In this document: positions 8,776 through 16,311 of the stretch, one piece after another | Numbering within the stretch: the stretch's first letter is position 1 | How the letters are laid out: every line of letters begins with the position of its first letter | Assembly (NCBI GenBank): GCA_964384255.1 | Contig: CAYLKH010000001.1 | Coordinates: forward strand, 10,668 to 74,667 | DNA from: an uncultured Oscillospiraceae bacterium | GTDB lineage: Bacteria; Bacillota; Clostridia; Oscillospirales; Oscillospiraceae | Length of the DNA: 64,000 nucleotides | Direction of reading: 5' to 3' | Notes under the pieces: generated by a model | The model's database searches: none | What the model saw: only the letters and a program-made list of their open reading frames with translations | What the model was told of the DNA's origin: nothing | Program-made: the position numbers and the translations under genes

Positions 8776-9921
8776 ATGACAGAAAAATTATACTATATCG
8801 ACAGCCATATGAAGACATTTACAGCTCGCGTCATAGCCTGCGACCCCGGCAAAAACGGGTTCCAGGTGATGCTTGACCGCACGGCGTTTTTCCCCGAAGG
8901 CGGCGGTCAGGGAGCGGACACGGGGACTTTGGGCGATGCCCGGGTGCTGGATGCCAGAGAAAAGGGGAGTGAGGTCGTCCATATAACCGATAAAGCCCTG
9001 ACCGTTGGCGAGACGGTCAGGGGCGAGATAGACTGGACATTGCGGTTTTCCCGGATGCAGCTCCACTCCGGCGAGCATATAGTATCGGGCATTATCCACC
9101 GACTTTATGGATATGAAAACGTGGGATTTCATATGAACGGGTCGGAAGCGACTCTTGACGCTGATGGATATCTGGACGAGGATCAGGTGCGCCTGGTGGA
9201 GCGAATGGCAAATGGCGCGGTTTGGGAAAACGTGCCTGTCAAAGCCGGATTCCCTGAGCCGGAGATATTGAAGACCATGGAATACCGCAGCAAGCTGGCT
9301 TTGACCGAAGGGGTGCGCATAGTCGAGATCGAGGGCTACGACCGCTGCGCCTGCTGCGCTCCCCACGTAAGCTTTACCGGAGAGATAGGGCAGATACGGC
9401 TGCTGACCCATATGCGCCATCGGGGCGGCACCCGGATGACCATGGTTTGCGGCGGAGGCGCTCTGGACGAAGCGGTTGCCAAATATTCGGCGGTGGCAGA
9501 GATATCCGCATCCCTGTCGGTGAAGCATCATCAGGCGGCGGAGGCGGTGCAGCGATTGAAGGACGAGGCGGCCCAGGCCAGATATGAGCTTAACCGGCTT
9601 CGTAAGGCTCAGGCGTTGAAGCAGCTGGATGGCCTTGAATATACCGACGGTAACCTTTGCTTTTTCGCCGAAGGGCTTGACAGCGATAGTCTGCGTACCC
9701 TTGTAAATGGAGCGGTGAGCCTGTGCGGTGGCATTGCTGCGGCTTTTTCAAAAAACGAAAAGGGCTGGAATTATATTATGGCCAGCAATACGGTAGACCT
9801 GAGGGCGAGCGCAAAGGACATCAACAGCGCCATCTCCGGCAAGGGCGGCGGCAGCAGCACCATGATCCAGGGCAGCTGCACCGCCGACCGGGAGGAGATA
9901 GAAAGGTATTTTAGGGGTTAG
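8776..9921 (+). CDS. alaX: Alanyl-tRNA editing protein AlaX-L (AlaRS editing domain plus DHHA1-like C-terminus)
   Basis: HSGEHIVSG (HxxxH) and CACCAPH (CxxxH) zinc motifs of the Thr/Ala-tRNA synthetase second additional domain. C-terminal GKGGGSSTMIQG is typical of DHHA1. AAGGAG RBS. Confidence 0.82.
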   Translation: MTEKLYYIDSHMKTFTARVIACDPGKNGFQVMLDRTAFFPEGGGQGADTGTLGDARVLDAREKGSEVVHITDKALTVGETVRGEIDWTLRFSRMQLHSGEHIVSGIIHRLYGYENVGFHMNGSEATLDADGYLDEDQVRLVERMANGAVWENVPVKAGFPEPEILKTMEYRSKLALTEGVRIVEIEGYDRCACCAPHVSFTGEIGQIRLLTHMRHRGGTRMTMVCGGGALDEAVAKYSAVAEISASLSVKHHQAAEAVQRLKDEAAQARYELNRLRKAQALKQLDGLEYTDGNLCFFAEGLDSDSLRTLVNGAVSLCGGIAAAFSKNEKGWNYIMASNTVDLRASAKDINSAISGKGGGSSTMIQGSCTADREEIERYFRG

Positions 9922-10298
9922 GATTTAGGGATTAGGGGCGCTTCCCGCAAGATTTATGCAATACTTGGGTAGTGCGCCGTAGGGGTCGGCGTCCTCGACG
10001 ACCCGCACGTTGCGTGATTGAGTTGTTGTGTCATGCGCACAGCGTCGCGCAACCACCCGTAGGGGACGCAAAAAATTGCTTCGCAATTTTTTGCGTCCCC
10101 TACGGCGCTCCCCGCAAGTTTTCGCAAAAATCTCGCGGGGAGCGCCCCTAATCCCTAGATCCTAAATCCTGACCCCTACTATGAGATTGCCACGTCGGCC
10201 TGTGGCCTCCTCGCAATGACATAAAGGGAACTGCGCTCCTCGCAATGACAGGCGGGGAGCGCCCCTGATTCCTGCCCCCTGAATCCTGAATCCTAACC
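9911..10298. repeat. TTAGGG-arm inverted-repeat element, copy B (composite: one full element plus a second core and right arm)
   Basis: Left arm AGGGGTTAGGATTTAGGGATTAGGGGCGCTTCCCGC (9913-9948) pairs with GCGGGGAGCGCCCCTAATCCCTAGATCCTAAATCCTGACCCCT (10135-10177). Inside are a 23-bp perfect hairpin at 10057..10105 and a second hairpin at 10106..10144. The second core 10183..10249 and right arm 10250..10298 follow. Confidence 0.72.
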
Positions 10299-11321
10299 CA
10301 TATTATCGATCGTTCCGCCACCAAGAACGGTATCGCCCACATAAAATACGGCTGCCTGACCGGCGGCGGGCGCCCGCTGAGGGGAATCGAACTTCAAAAC
10401 AGCGCTCCTGCCGTCGGTGGACAGGGTGGCCGGCTGGGGCTTTTGACTGTAGCGAAGACGGGCGGTAACGCTTACCGGCTCTGTGGGGACGTTGCCGGAA
10501 ACAAAGGTCACGTCCCGGACATAAACAGTGTCGGTCATTAATTCGGCCTCGGTCCCTACGGTGACGGTGCCTTTCGCCGGGTCCTTGCCGATAACATACA
10601 CCCGTTGGCCCATAGGCAGATCGAGGCCCCGGCGCTGGCCGATGGTATAGGCGGCAACGCCCCTGTGGGTCCCCAGTATTTTGCCGCTGCTGTCCACAAA
10701 GCTTCCGGGTTCCAGCTCCCGGCCGGTGTAGCGGGTTATAAAGCCCGGGTAATCTCCGTCAGGAATAAAGCAGATATCCTGACTTTCGGCCTTGTGGGCG
10801 GCCTCCAGCCCCAGAGAAAGAGCAATATCCCGAACCTGATCTTTAGTAAGCTCACCCAGAGGAAACAGCAGCCGATCCAGCTGGCTCTGGGTCAGGTTAT
10901 ACAGTACGTAGCTCTGGTCCTTTTTTGCGTCGGCGGCGGTGGAGATAGCCCAGTGACCCGGGCTGCCGGTTTTTCTTACGTAATGCCCGGTGGCCAGATA
11001 CTGGCATCCCAGCCTGTCGGCCAGGTCGAACAGAGCGCCGAATTTCAGGGCCTTGTTGCAGCTGATGCAGGGGTTTGGGGTCTCGCCCCGCAGATATGAA
11101 TCCACAAAGGGAGAAACTACGCATTTGTCAAATAGATCACGCATATCCACAGCGTGAAATTCTATGCCAAGACTGTTGCAGGCGCTTTCGGCGGACTGGG
11201 CTTCTGAACTGTCGGAAAGGAGCATGGTGGCCCCCACTACCTCATATCCCATATCCATAAGCAGCGCGGCGCAGACCGAGCTGTCAACTCCGCCGCTCAT
11301 GGCGGCTAAAACTTTGCTCAT
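10293..11321 (-). CDS. mnmA: tRNA-specific 2-thiouridylase MnmA
   Basis: AAMSGGVDSSVCAALL PP-loop, CISCN and ATGHY blocks. ATG 11321 follows GGAGG by 5 nt; the ORF track TTG at 11333 is less likely. Confidence 0.92.
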   Translation of the reverse strand: MSKVLAAMSGGVDSSVCAALLMDMGYEVVGATMLLSDSSEAQSAESACNSLGIEFHAVDMRDLFDKCVVSPFVDSYLRGETPNPCISCNKALKFGALFDLADRLGCQYLATGHYVRKTGSPGHWAISTAADAKKDQSYVLYNLTQSQLDRLLFPLGELTKDQVRDIALSLGLEAAHKAESQDICFIPDGDYPGFITRYTGRELEPGSFVDSSGKILGTHRGVAAYTIGQRRGLDLPMGQRVYVIGKDPAKGTVTVGTEAELMTDTVYVRDVTFVSGNVPTEPVSVTARLRYSQKPQPATLSTDGRSAVLKFDSPQRAPAAGQAAVFYVGDTVLGGGTIDNMG

Positions 11322-11350
11322 ATAGTCCTCCAAAAAATCATAAAAAAGTA

Positions 11351-11379
11351 TTGAAAAAACAATAGCTGTTGGTTATACT
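11351..11379 (+). promoter_or_regulatory. Candidate promoter for acpP
   Basis: TTGAAA, 17 nt, TATACT. Confidence 0.45.
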
Positions 11380-11421
11380 AGGCCATAGCGTGAACAGAAA
11401 CTAAAATTGGGAGGTGCTGTA

Positions 11422-11649
11422 ATGATCCTTGAAAAGGTTATTTCCCTGCTGGCGGACCAGCTGGGCTTCGACGAAGACTCTATCAACGAAAACACCGACA
11501 TCGCTGAGGAGCTGGGCGCCGACTCTCTTGACCTGGTTGAGCTTATGATGAGCGCAGAAGAGGAATTTGGTATCACAGTTGTTGATGACGATCTTGCCAA
11601 GCTGAAAACTGTTGCCGATATCGTTAAATATATCGAAGAGAATATGTGA
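11422..11649 (+). CDS. acpP: Acyl carrier protein
   Basis: 75 aa with LGADSLDLVELMMSAEEEFG (phosphopantetheine Ser in DSL). GGGAGG RBS. Stand-alone, with no fab genes nearby. Confidence 0.85.
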   Translation: MILEKVISLLADQLGFDEDSINENTDIAEELGADSLDLVELMMSAEEEFGITVVDDDLAKLKTVADIVKYIEENM

Positions 11650-11691
11650 GCGCCATGAGCCGCGACCCGTCGGCTCGCTCCACCAACCTCA

Positions 11692-11753
11692 AAAGGGCTG
11701 CCATCGGCAGCCCTTTCAGCGTGTCAAAATAGTCCGTTGGACTATTTTGACAC
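11692..11753. repeat. Hairpin pair: AAAGGGCTGCC/GGCAGCCCTTT stem, then conserved GTGTCAAAATAGTCC hairpin (copy H1)
   Basis: 11692-11716 is an 11-bp stem with a 3-nt loop. 11721-11753 is GTGTCAAAATAGTCC gtt GGACTATTTTGACAC, a 15-bp perfect stem. Lies just after the acpP stop. Confidence 0.7.
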
Positions 11754-11920
11754 GGGTTTTTGCGGCCTTCGGCAGCGCACTCAAAAGGCCGATATTCGGC
11801 CTTTTTCGCACGTTTGAAGGCCGAGCGGAGAAATTTTCGACGTACATGCCGCCGGAAATTTCATATGTGATTTAATTCGCCGCTCACGCGGCGAACTCTA
11901 CGAGGTTTTTTGACAGTCTC

Positions 11921-11945
11921 AAAGGGCTGCCATCGGCAGCCCTTT
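11921..11945. terminator. Second, identical copy of the AAAGGGCTGCC atc GGCAGCCCTTT hairpin, just 3' of rlmH
   Basis: The 25-nt sequence is identical to 11692-11716 and sits 3 nt from the rlmH stop (11949). Confidence 0.6.
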
Positions 11946-11948
11946 GAT

Positions 11949-12428
11949 TCATTTGTGGTAGCGACTTCCCTGATTTATTTTTTCTGCCCGGTACAGCTGC
12001 TCCAGCAGCATGACCCGCGCCAGATGGTGGGGAAAAGTCATGTCCGACATGGACAGCCGCAGGTCGGCCTGACGCTTAAGCTCTTCGTCAAGGCCAAAGG
12101 AGCCGCCGATCAGAAATACAAATCCGGATACGCCGCCGCTTTTCAGGGCGGCGATTTTTTTGGCCAGAGCTTCGGAGGATATCTTCTGACCCTCCACACA
12201 CATGGCCACCATAAAGGCGTTTTTAGGTATTTTTGCCCGAATGGCCGCAGCTTCTTTTGCAAGGGCGGCAGATATTTCGGCGGCAGACGGGTCGTCTGAC
12301 AGACGCTGCTCCGGCAGCTCCACCACTGTTGCCCCGCCAAAGGCGGACATACGCTTAATGTATTCGTCACAGGCTGATTTAAAATGGGCTTCTTTCAGCT
12401 TGCCCACGGCAATGATGCTATATGTCAT
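11949..12428 (-). CDS. rlmH: 23S rRNA (pseudouridine1915-N3)-methyltransferase RlmH
   Basis: MTYSIIAVGKLKE...FLIGGSFGLDEELKRQADLRLSMSDMTFPHHLARVMLLEQLYRA, a SPOUT RlmH signature. Start taken at MTYSI; overlaps the upstream stop by 11 nt. Confidence 0.9.
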   Translation of the reverse strand: MTYSIIAVGKLKEAHFKSACDEYIKRMSAFGGATVVELPEQRLSDDPSAAEISAALAKEAAAIRAKIPKNAFMVAMCVEGQKISSEALAKKIAALKSGGVSGFVFLIGGSFGLDEELKRQADLRLSMSDMTFPHHLARVMLLEQLYRAEKINQGSRYHK

Positions 12429-13695
12429 CTTCGTCCTTTTCCGTCTCCCTGACAACAACGCTCAGCTCGGTGACCCGAAGGTCGTCAGTTTCGGTAACGG
12501 TGATGGTCAGGTTTTCGTAGTCAAAGCTGTCCCCTGCGTTGGGATATCCCCCAAGCATTTCGATCGCCCAGCCGCCGAGGGTGGTATAATCGCCCTCAAA
12601 ATGGTCGGAATCGTGGCCGACCTCGTCGAGAAAGTCGTAAATGCTCATGTCGCCGCTGACCTCATAGCGATTGGGTTCGACCTCTTCAAACTCGGGTTCG
12701 ATATCGTCAGTCTCGTCCCAGATCTCGCCTACCAGCTGTTCAAGAACGTCTTCCATTGTCAGTATGCCCATTGTTCCGCCATATTCGTCGGTAACAACTG
12801 CCATATGCACCCGGCGGCGTTTCAGCTCAGCAAGAACCGCCGGCAGCTTCATGGATTTGTGGATAAAGCAGACCTCCATCAGCTGATCCCGGATGGATAC
12901 GTTGGGGTCGTCTACCAGCTGCTTATAAAAATGGTTAAGGAACAGTATGCCGATAATGTTGTCAACCGTACCTTCATATACCGGGATGCGGGAAAACTGA
13001 GAGGATGATGCGATGTGGAGAATGGTGTCCATATCGTCGTCGATATCGATAGCCACCATGTCGACCCGGTGAGTTATTATCTCCTGGGCAGTGATCTCGG
13101 CAAAGTCGATAGCGGATTGGATAAGGTCGCTTTGCTCCTCGTCGATAACGCCCTCGTCCTCAACGGTTTCGATGATGGAAACCAGCTCTTCTTCGGTGAC
13201 CGAGGGGCCGGTATCGCCATCGCCGGTCCATAGCCGGGACGCAAGGTCGATAAATTTTGAGACGACAAAAACGAAGGGATAGGTCAGCCACATCAGGAAC
13301 CTGAGGGGCAGAGATACTGCAACGGCAAAACTGTCGCAATTGGCGCTGGCCAGTATCTTTGGCAAAATCTCGCCAAAGATAAGGATAAGGACGGTCATAA
13401 CGACGCCGGACAGAGCAGCGCCCCGGGAACCGAACAGCCTGACCATTACCACCGCCGCCACAGATGAGGCGGCCAGGTTGACCAGAGTATTGCCAATAAG
13501 GATGGTGGACAGGGCTTTGCCGTAATTGTCGTAGATATAGCAGGCTGTTTGGAGCCGGATGCCGCCGTCTTCTTCGGCAGATTTTTTGAGCCGACGATGG
13601 TTGACAGAAGCGTAGGCTATCTCAGAGCCTGAAAAAAAGGCAGACAGGGCAATTAATACCACTATGCCTATATAGGGCAGGTACTCACTGTTCAT
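12418..13695 (-). CDS. CNNM/CorB-type membrane protein (DUF21 + CBS pair + CorC_HlyC), so-called hemolysin family
   Basis: N-terminal 4-TM DUF21 (GSEIAYASVN...LIGNTLVNL), a CBS pair, and a C-terminal transporter-associated domain. Confidence 0.85.
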   Translation of the reverse strand: MNSEYLPYIGIVVLIALSAFFSGSEIAYASVNHRRLKKSAEEDGGIRLQTACYIYDNYGKALSTILIGNTLVNLAASSVAAVVMVRLFGSRGAALSGVVMTVLILIFGEILPKILASANCDSFAVAVSLPLRFLMWLTYPFVFVVSKFIDLASRLWTGDGDTGPSVTEEELVSIIETVEDEGVIDEEQSDLIQSAIDFAEITAQEIITHRVDMVAIDIDDDMDTILHIASSSQFSRIPVYEGTVDNIIGILFLNHFYKQLVDDPNVSIRDQLMEVCFIHKSMKLPAVLAELKRRRVHMAVVTDEYGGTMGILTMEDVLEQLVGEIWDETDDIEPEFEEVEPNRYEVSGDMSIYDFLDEVGHDSDHFEGDYTTLGGWAIEMLGGYPNAGDSFDYENLTITVTETDDLRVTELSVVVRETEKDEDDI

Positions 13696-14950
13696 CGGTA
13701 TCCTCCCTTTTTATAATGAGCTTTGTGATGCGCATATTGCGAATCCGGGTGACAGTGATGGTCATATCAGCATATTTGAAGCTGCTGCCGTCGGAAGGAA
13801 CGTAGTCAAAGTTTTCCAGCGCCCAGGCGTTCATGGTGCGGTGACCCAGCTCATCCCGGTCGTAATCGTCGTATCCGATGGCGTCAAAGGCTTCGCGGAC
13901 CTGAAGCTCGCCGCTGACCTCATATCGGTTCTGGCCTATGGGCTTGAAGGTGTCTTTCACCTCGTCGTCCTCGTCCCAGATCTCGCCTACCAGCTCTTCG
14001 AGAATATCCTCGATGGTGACGATGCCCATAACGCCGCCGTAATCGTCGGTGACGATGGCCATGTGGCGTTTTTTGGTTTGCATATTGCGCAAAAGCTCGT
14101 CGATAAGCATACTTTTATGTACAAACAAAGGCTCGTCGATCAGGGATTTCAGGTCGACACTGCCGCCCTGGTCCATATAAGCCTTGAGGTATTTGCGTAT
14201 GCCCAGTATGCCGATGATGTTGTCGACAGTATCTTCATAAACAGGGATCCGGGAATGGCGGCTGTTTTTGATAAGGTCGACTATCTCCTCGCTGGAAAGC
14301 TGGCAGTCGATGGCTACCAGGTCGACCCGGGAGGTAAGAATGTCGGCGACGGTGATATCGTCGAAATCCAGGGCGGAGCGGATAAGACCGCTGCGCTGTT
14401 GATCCATGGTGCCTTCCTCGGCTATCTCGTCGATAATGTCGTAAAGCTCATCCTCAGTCACGGTGGGTTCAGCTCCGGAGCGGAACAGCTTTGCCAGAAG
14501 CCCGGACACCGAAGAAAAGATAAAGGTCACCGGGGTCAGCAGACGCATAAGGAAGAACAGGGACCCCGACGTTGCCAGAGAAAAGCTCTCGGCTTTGGAC
14601 TTGGCATAGCTTTTGGGGAGCATTTCGCTGAACAGGAACACTACCACCGAAAGGATGATGGTGGAAAGGGTAACTGCCCAGTCGCCCCAGAGACGGACCA
14701 CAATGACGGTGGCCAGGGTGCTGGCTCCGATATGCATAATGTTGTTGCCTATGAGAAGGGTGGTCAGAGCCTTGTCAAAATGGTTAAGAATGTAGGTGAC
14801 TCGCTTGGCACGCCGGTCGCCGGAATCGGCCATGGTTTTGATGCGGATTTTGTTAGACGACGCCAAAGCGATCTCGGTTGCAGCAAAGTATCCGCCGCCG
14901 ACGATCAGCAGCAGAAGAATAAAAAGCAACAACCAACTGTCGCTGTCCAC
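13685..14950 (-). CDS. CNNM/CorB-type membrane protein, tandem paralogue
   Basis: Same architecture as 12418..13695 (ATEIALASSN...LIGNNIMHI, CBS pair, CorC_HlyC). GTG start; overlaps the downstream paralogue by 11 nt. Confidence 0.85.
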   Translation of the reverse strand: MDSDSWLLLFILLLLIVGGGYFAATEIALASSNKIRIKTMADSGDRRAKRVTYILNHFDKALTTLLIGNNIMHIGASTLATVIVVRLWGDWAVTLSTIILSVVVFLFSEMLPKSYAKSKAESFSLATSGSLFFLMRLLTPVTFIFSSVSGLLAKLFRSGAEPTVTEDELYDIIDEIAEEGTMDQQRSGLIRSALDFDDITVADILTSRVDLVAIDCQLSSEEIVDLIKNSRHSRIPVYEDTVDNIIGILGIRKYLKAYMDQGGSVDLKSLIDEPLFVHKSMLIDELLRNMQTKKRHMAIVTDDYGGVMGIVTIEDILEELVGEIWDEDDEVKDTFKPIGQNRYEVSGELQVREAFDAIGYDDYDRDELGHRTMNAWALENFDYVPSDGSSFKYADMTITVTRIRNMRITKLIIKREDTDEQ

Positions 14951-14980
14951 TAAATGATCAACTCCTGTTAATAGTTTAAT

Positions 14981-15107
14981 AGGGGTTAGAGGTTAGAATT
15001 TAGGATTTAGGGTCGCATGAGGGAAGTTATTTGAGCTGCGGGTCAGAACAGTTATCCCACAAACGCAGTAACTATCCCATATGGACACTAAATTACTAAT
15101 CCCTAAC
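14981..15107. repeat. TTAGGG-arm inverted-repeat element, copy C (short)
   Basis: Left arm AGGGGTTAGAGGTTAGAATTTAGGATTTAGGG (14981-15013), right arm CTAAATTACTAATCCCTAAC (15088-15107). Lies between the predicted promoter and the start codon of the CorB operon. Confidence 0.5.
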
Positions 15108-15119
15108 GTATTTCTATCT

Positions 15120-15147
15120 ATTATACCGTAATCACAAATATTGTCAA
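15120..15147 (-). promoter_or_regulatory. Candidate promoter for the CorB-paralogue operon
   Basis: On the minus strand: TTGACA (15147-15142), 16 nt, TATAAT (15125-15120). Confidence 0.5.
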
Positions 15148-15180
15148 TATGCCATAAAGGCATAAAATCACCATCGCTCA

Positions 15181-15217
15181 CAAATAAACCAAAGCGGAGC
15201 TTTGATAAAAGCTCCGC
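15181..15217 (-). terminator. Intrinsic terminator ending the riboswitch-led operon
   Basis: GCGGAGCTTT gata AAAGCTCCGC stem, followed on the minus strand by TTTGGTTTATTTG. Confidence 0.6.
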
Positions 15218-15226
15218 CTGGGGGTC

Positions 15227-15778
15227 TTATTCGTTCAGCCATCGGGCGATGGCCATAACGTCGGCAATAGCCTGGCTGTCCTGCTGAGCAGGGACGGTGT
15301 CAGTGTTGGGGGAACAGGCCATGTGTTCACGGAAGCCCTGAGCATTGACCATGCGGAAAAAGGCGCTTAAATGGTGCCGCGCGTTTTCGTGATTGCCCTT
15401 GCTGCCGGCGGTCAGTATGGCTGCGGATTTTTTAGGCCGCAGCTGCAACGGCTGATTTAGAAAATATTTTGCCGCGTGCCAGGGCTGCAACCGGCTCATA
15501 AGGCTCAGTACCGACCCGGGCAGAGTGCCATAATACACCGGCGACGCAATGACAATATTGTCAAAATCGTCGTCATAAATGACTTGCATCCCGTCCTCTA
15601 CCACGCATTTTGCGGTTTCCCAGCAGCCACGGCAGTCAACACAGGGAGCGATGCCGGAGCGGAAGGCAGAGACTTCAATTACCTCGCCCTCCAGATGCTC
15701 ACGAAGGACGCTGATAAGGTAAGCGGAATTGCCGTTCGGCCGGGGAGAGCCGTTGATTATCAATGTCTTTTTGCTCAT
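15227..15778 (-). CDS. Flavodoxin-fold iron-sulfur flavoprotein (Isf-like, NADPH-dependent FMN reductase family)
   Basis: MSKKTLIINGSPRPNGNS (FMN-binding loop) and CVDCRGCWETAKC, the compact Cx2Cx2Cx5C cluster motif described for Isf. ATGA overlap with the upstream gene. Confidence 0.75.
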   Translation of the reverse strand: MSKKTLIINGSPRPNGNSAYLISVLREHLEGEVIEVSAFRSGIAPCVDCRGCWETAKCVVEDGMQVIYDDDFDNIVIASPVYYGTLPGSVLSLMSRLQPWHAAKYFLNQPLQLRPKKSAAILTAGSKGNHENARHHLSAFFRMVNAQGFREHMACSPNTDTVPAQQDSQAIADVMAIARWLNE

Positions 15779-16311
15779 TTTTCTTCTCCAGTTAACTGAC
15801 TGCGTACAAAATCCAGCACCTGAGGATACAGTTCGTCGCGGTTTTCTTCGGTGATATAAAAGCACTTTGCCTTTGGATGGCTGCGCACCGCCTGCAAAAA
15901 CGGAGTGTCCCTGGTTTTTACGGCGGCGATGACCGGTATATCACCGTCCAGCAGCTCAAGCACAGCAGAGCAGAAATCTTTTGCTTTGGACTCCATAAAT
16001 CCCAGCTCGTCCAGCAGGATGATACCGCCTTCCGGCACAGGCTGACGGAGCTTTGGGGCAAAGCGGTCGAACACCTGGGCGGACGCATCAAATCGGTGGT
16101 TTTTGCAATAACCCACCAGATTTTCTTCCGAGCGGCTCCGCTGCTGCCATGCGCTGTAGATATACACGGGACTGCCCAAGGCTTCATCGGCCAGAGCGTC
16201 CTCTTTCTTCGTTTCAAAACCGTAAACCGGCCGGCCGCAGGCTTTAAGCACCCTGTTTATAAGGGTGCTTTTGCCTACGCCCCGTTCACCAATAATAAGC
16301 GTATGCATCAT
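15775..16311 (-). CDS. P-loop NTPase, THEP1/DUF265-like
   Basis: MMHTLIIGERGVGKSTL Walker A, ILLDELG Walker B-like. 178 aa; 4-nt overlaps on both sides. Confidence 0.6.
   Translation of the reverse strand: MMHTLIIGERGVGKSTLINRVLKACGRPVYGFETKKEDALADEALGSPVYIYSAWQQRSRSEENLVGYCKNHRFDASAQVFDRFAPKLRQPVPEGGIILLDELGFMESKAKDFCSAVLELLDGDIPVIAAVKTRDTPFLQAVRSHPKAKCFYITEENRDELYPQVLDFVRSQLTGEEK

Noticed and set aside
11612-11875. Small ORFs whose translations share RVKIV..TILTR (also 39666..39911 and 45740..45997), which could look like a conserved peptide family.
   Set aside because: The shared peptide is simply the translation of the conserved GTGTCAAAATAGTCC hairpin. The ORFs have no RBS and differ completely outside the repeat.
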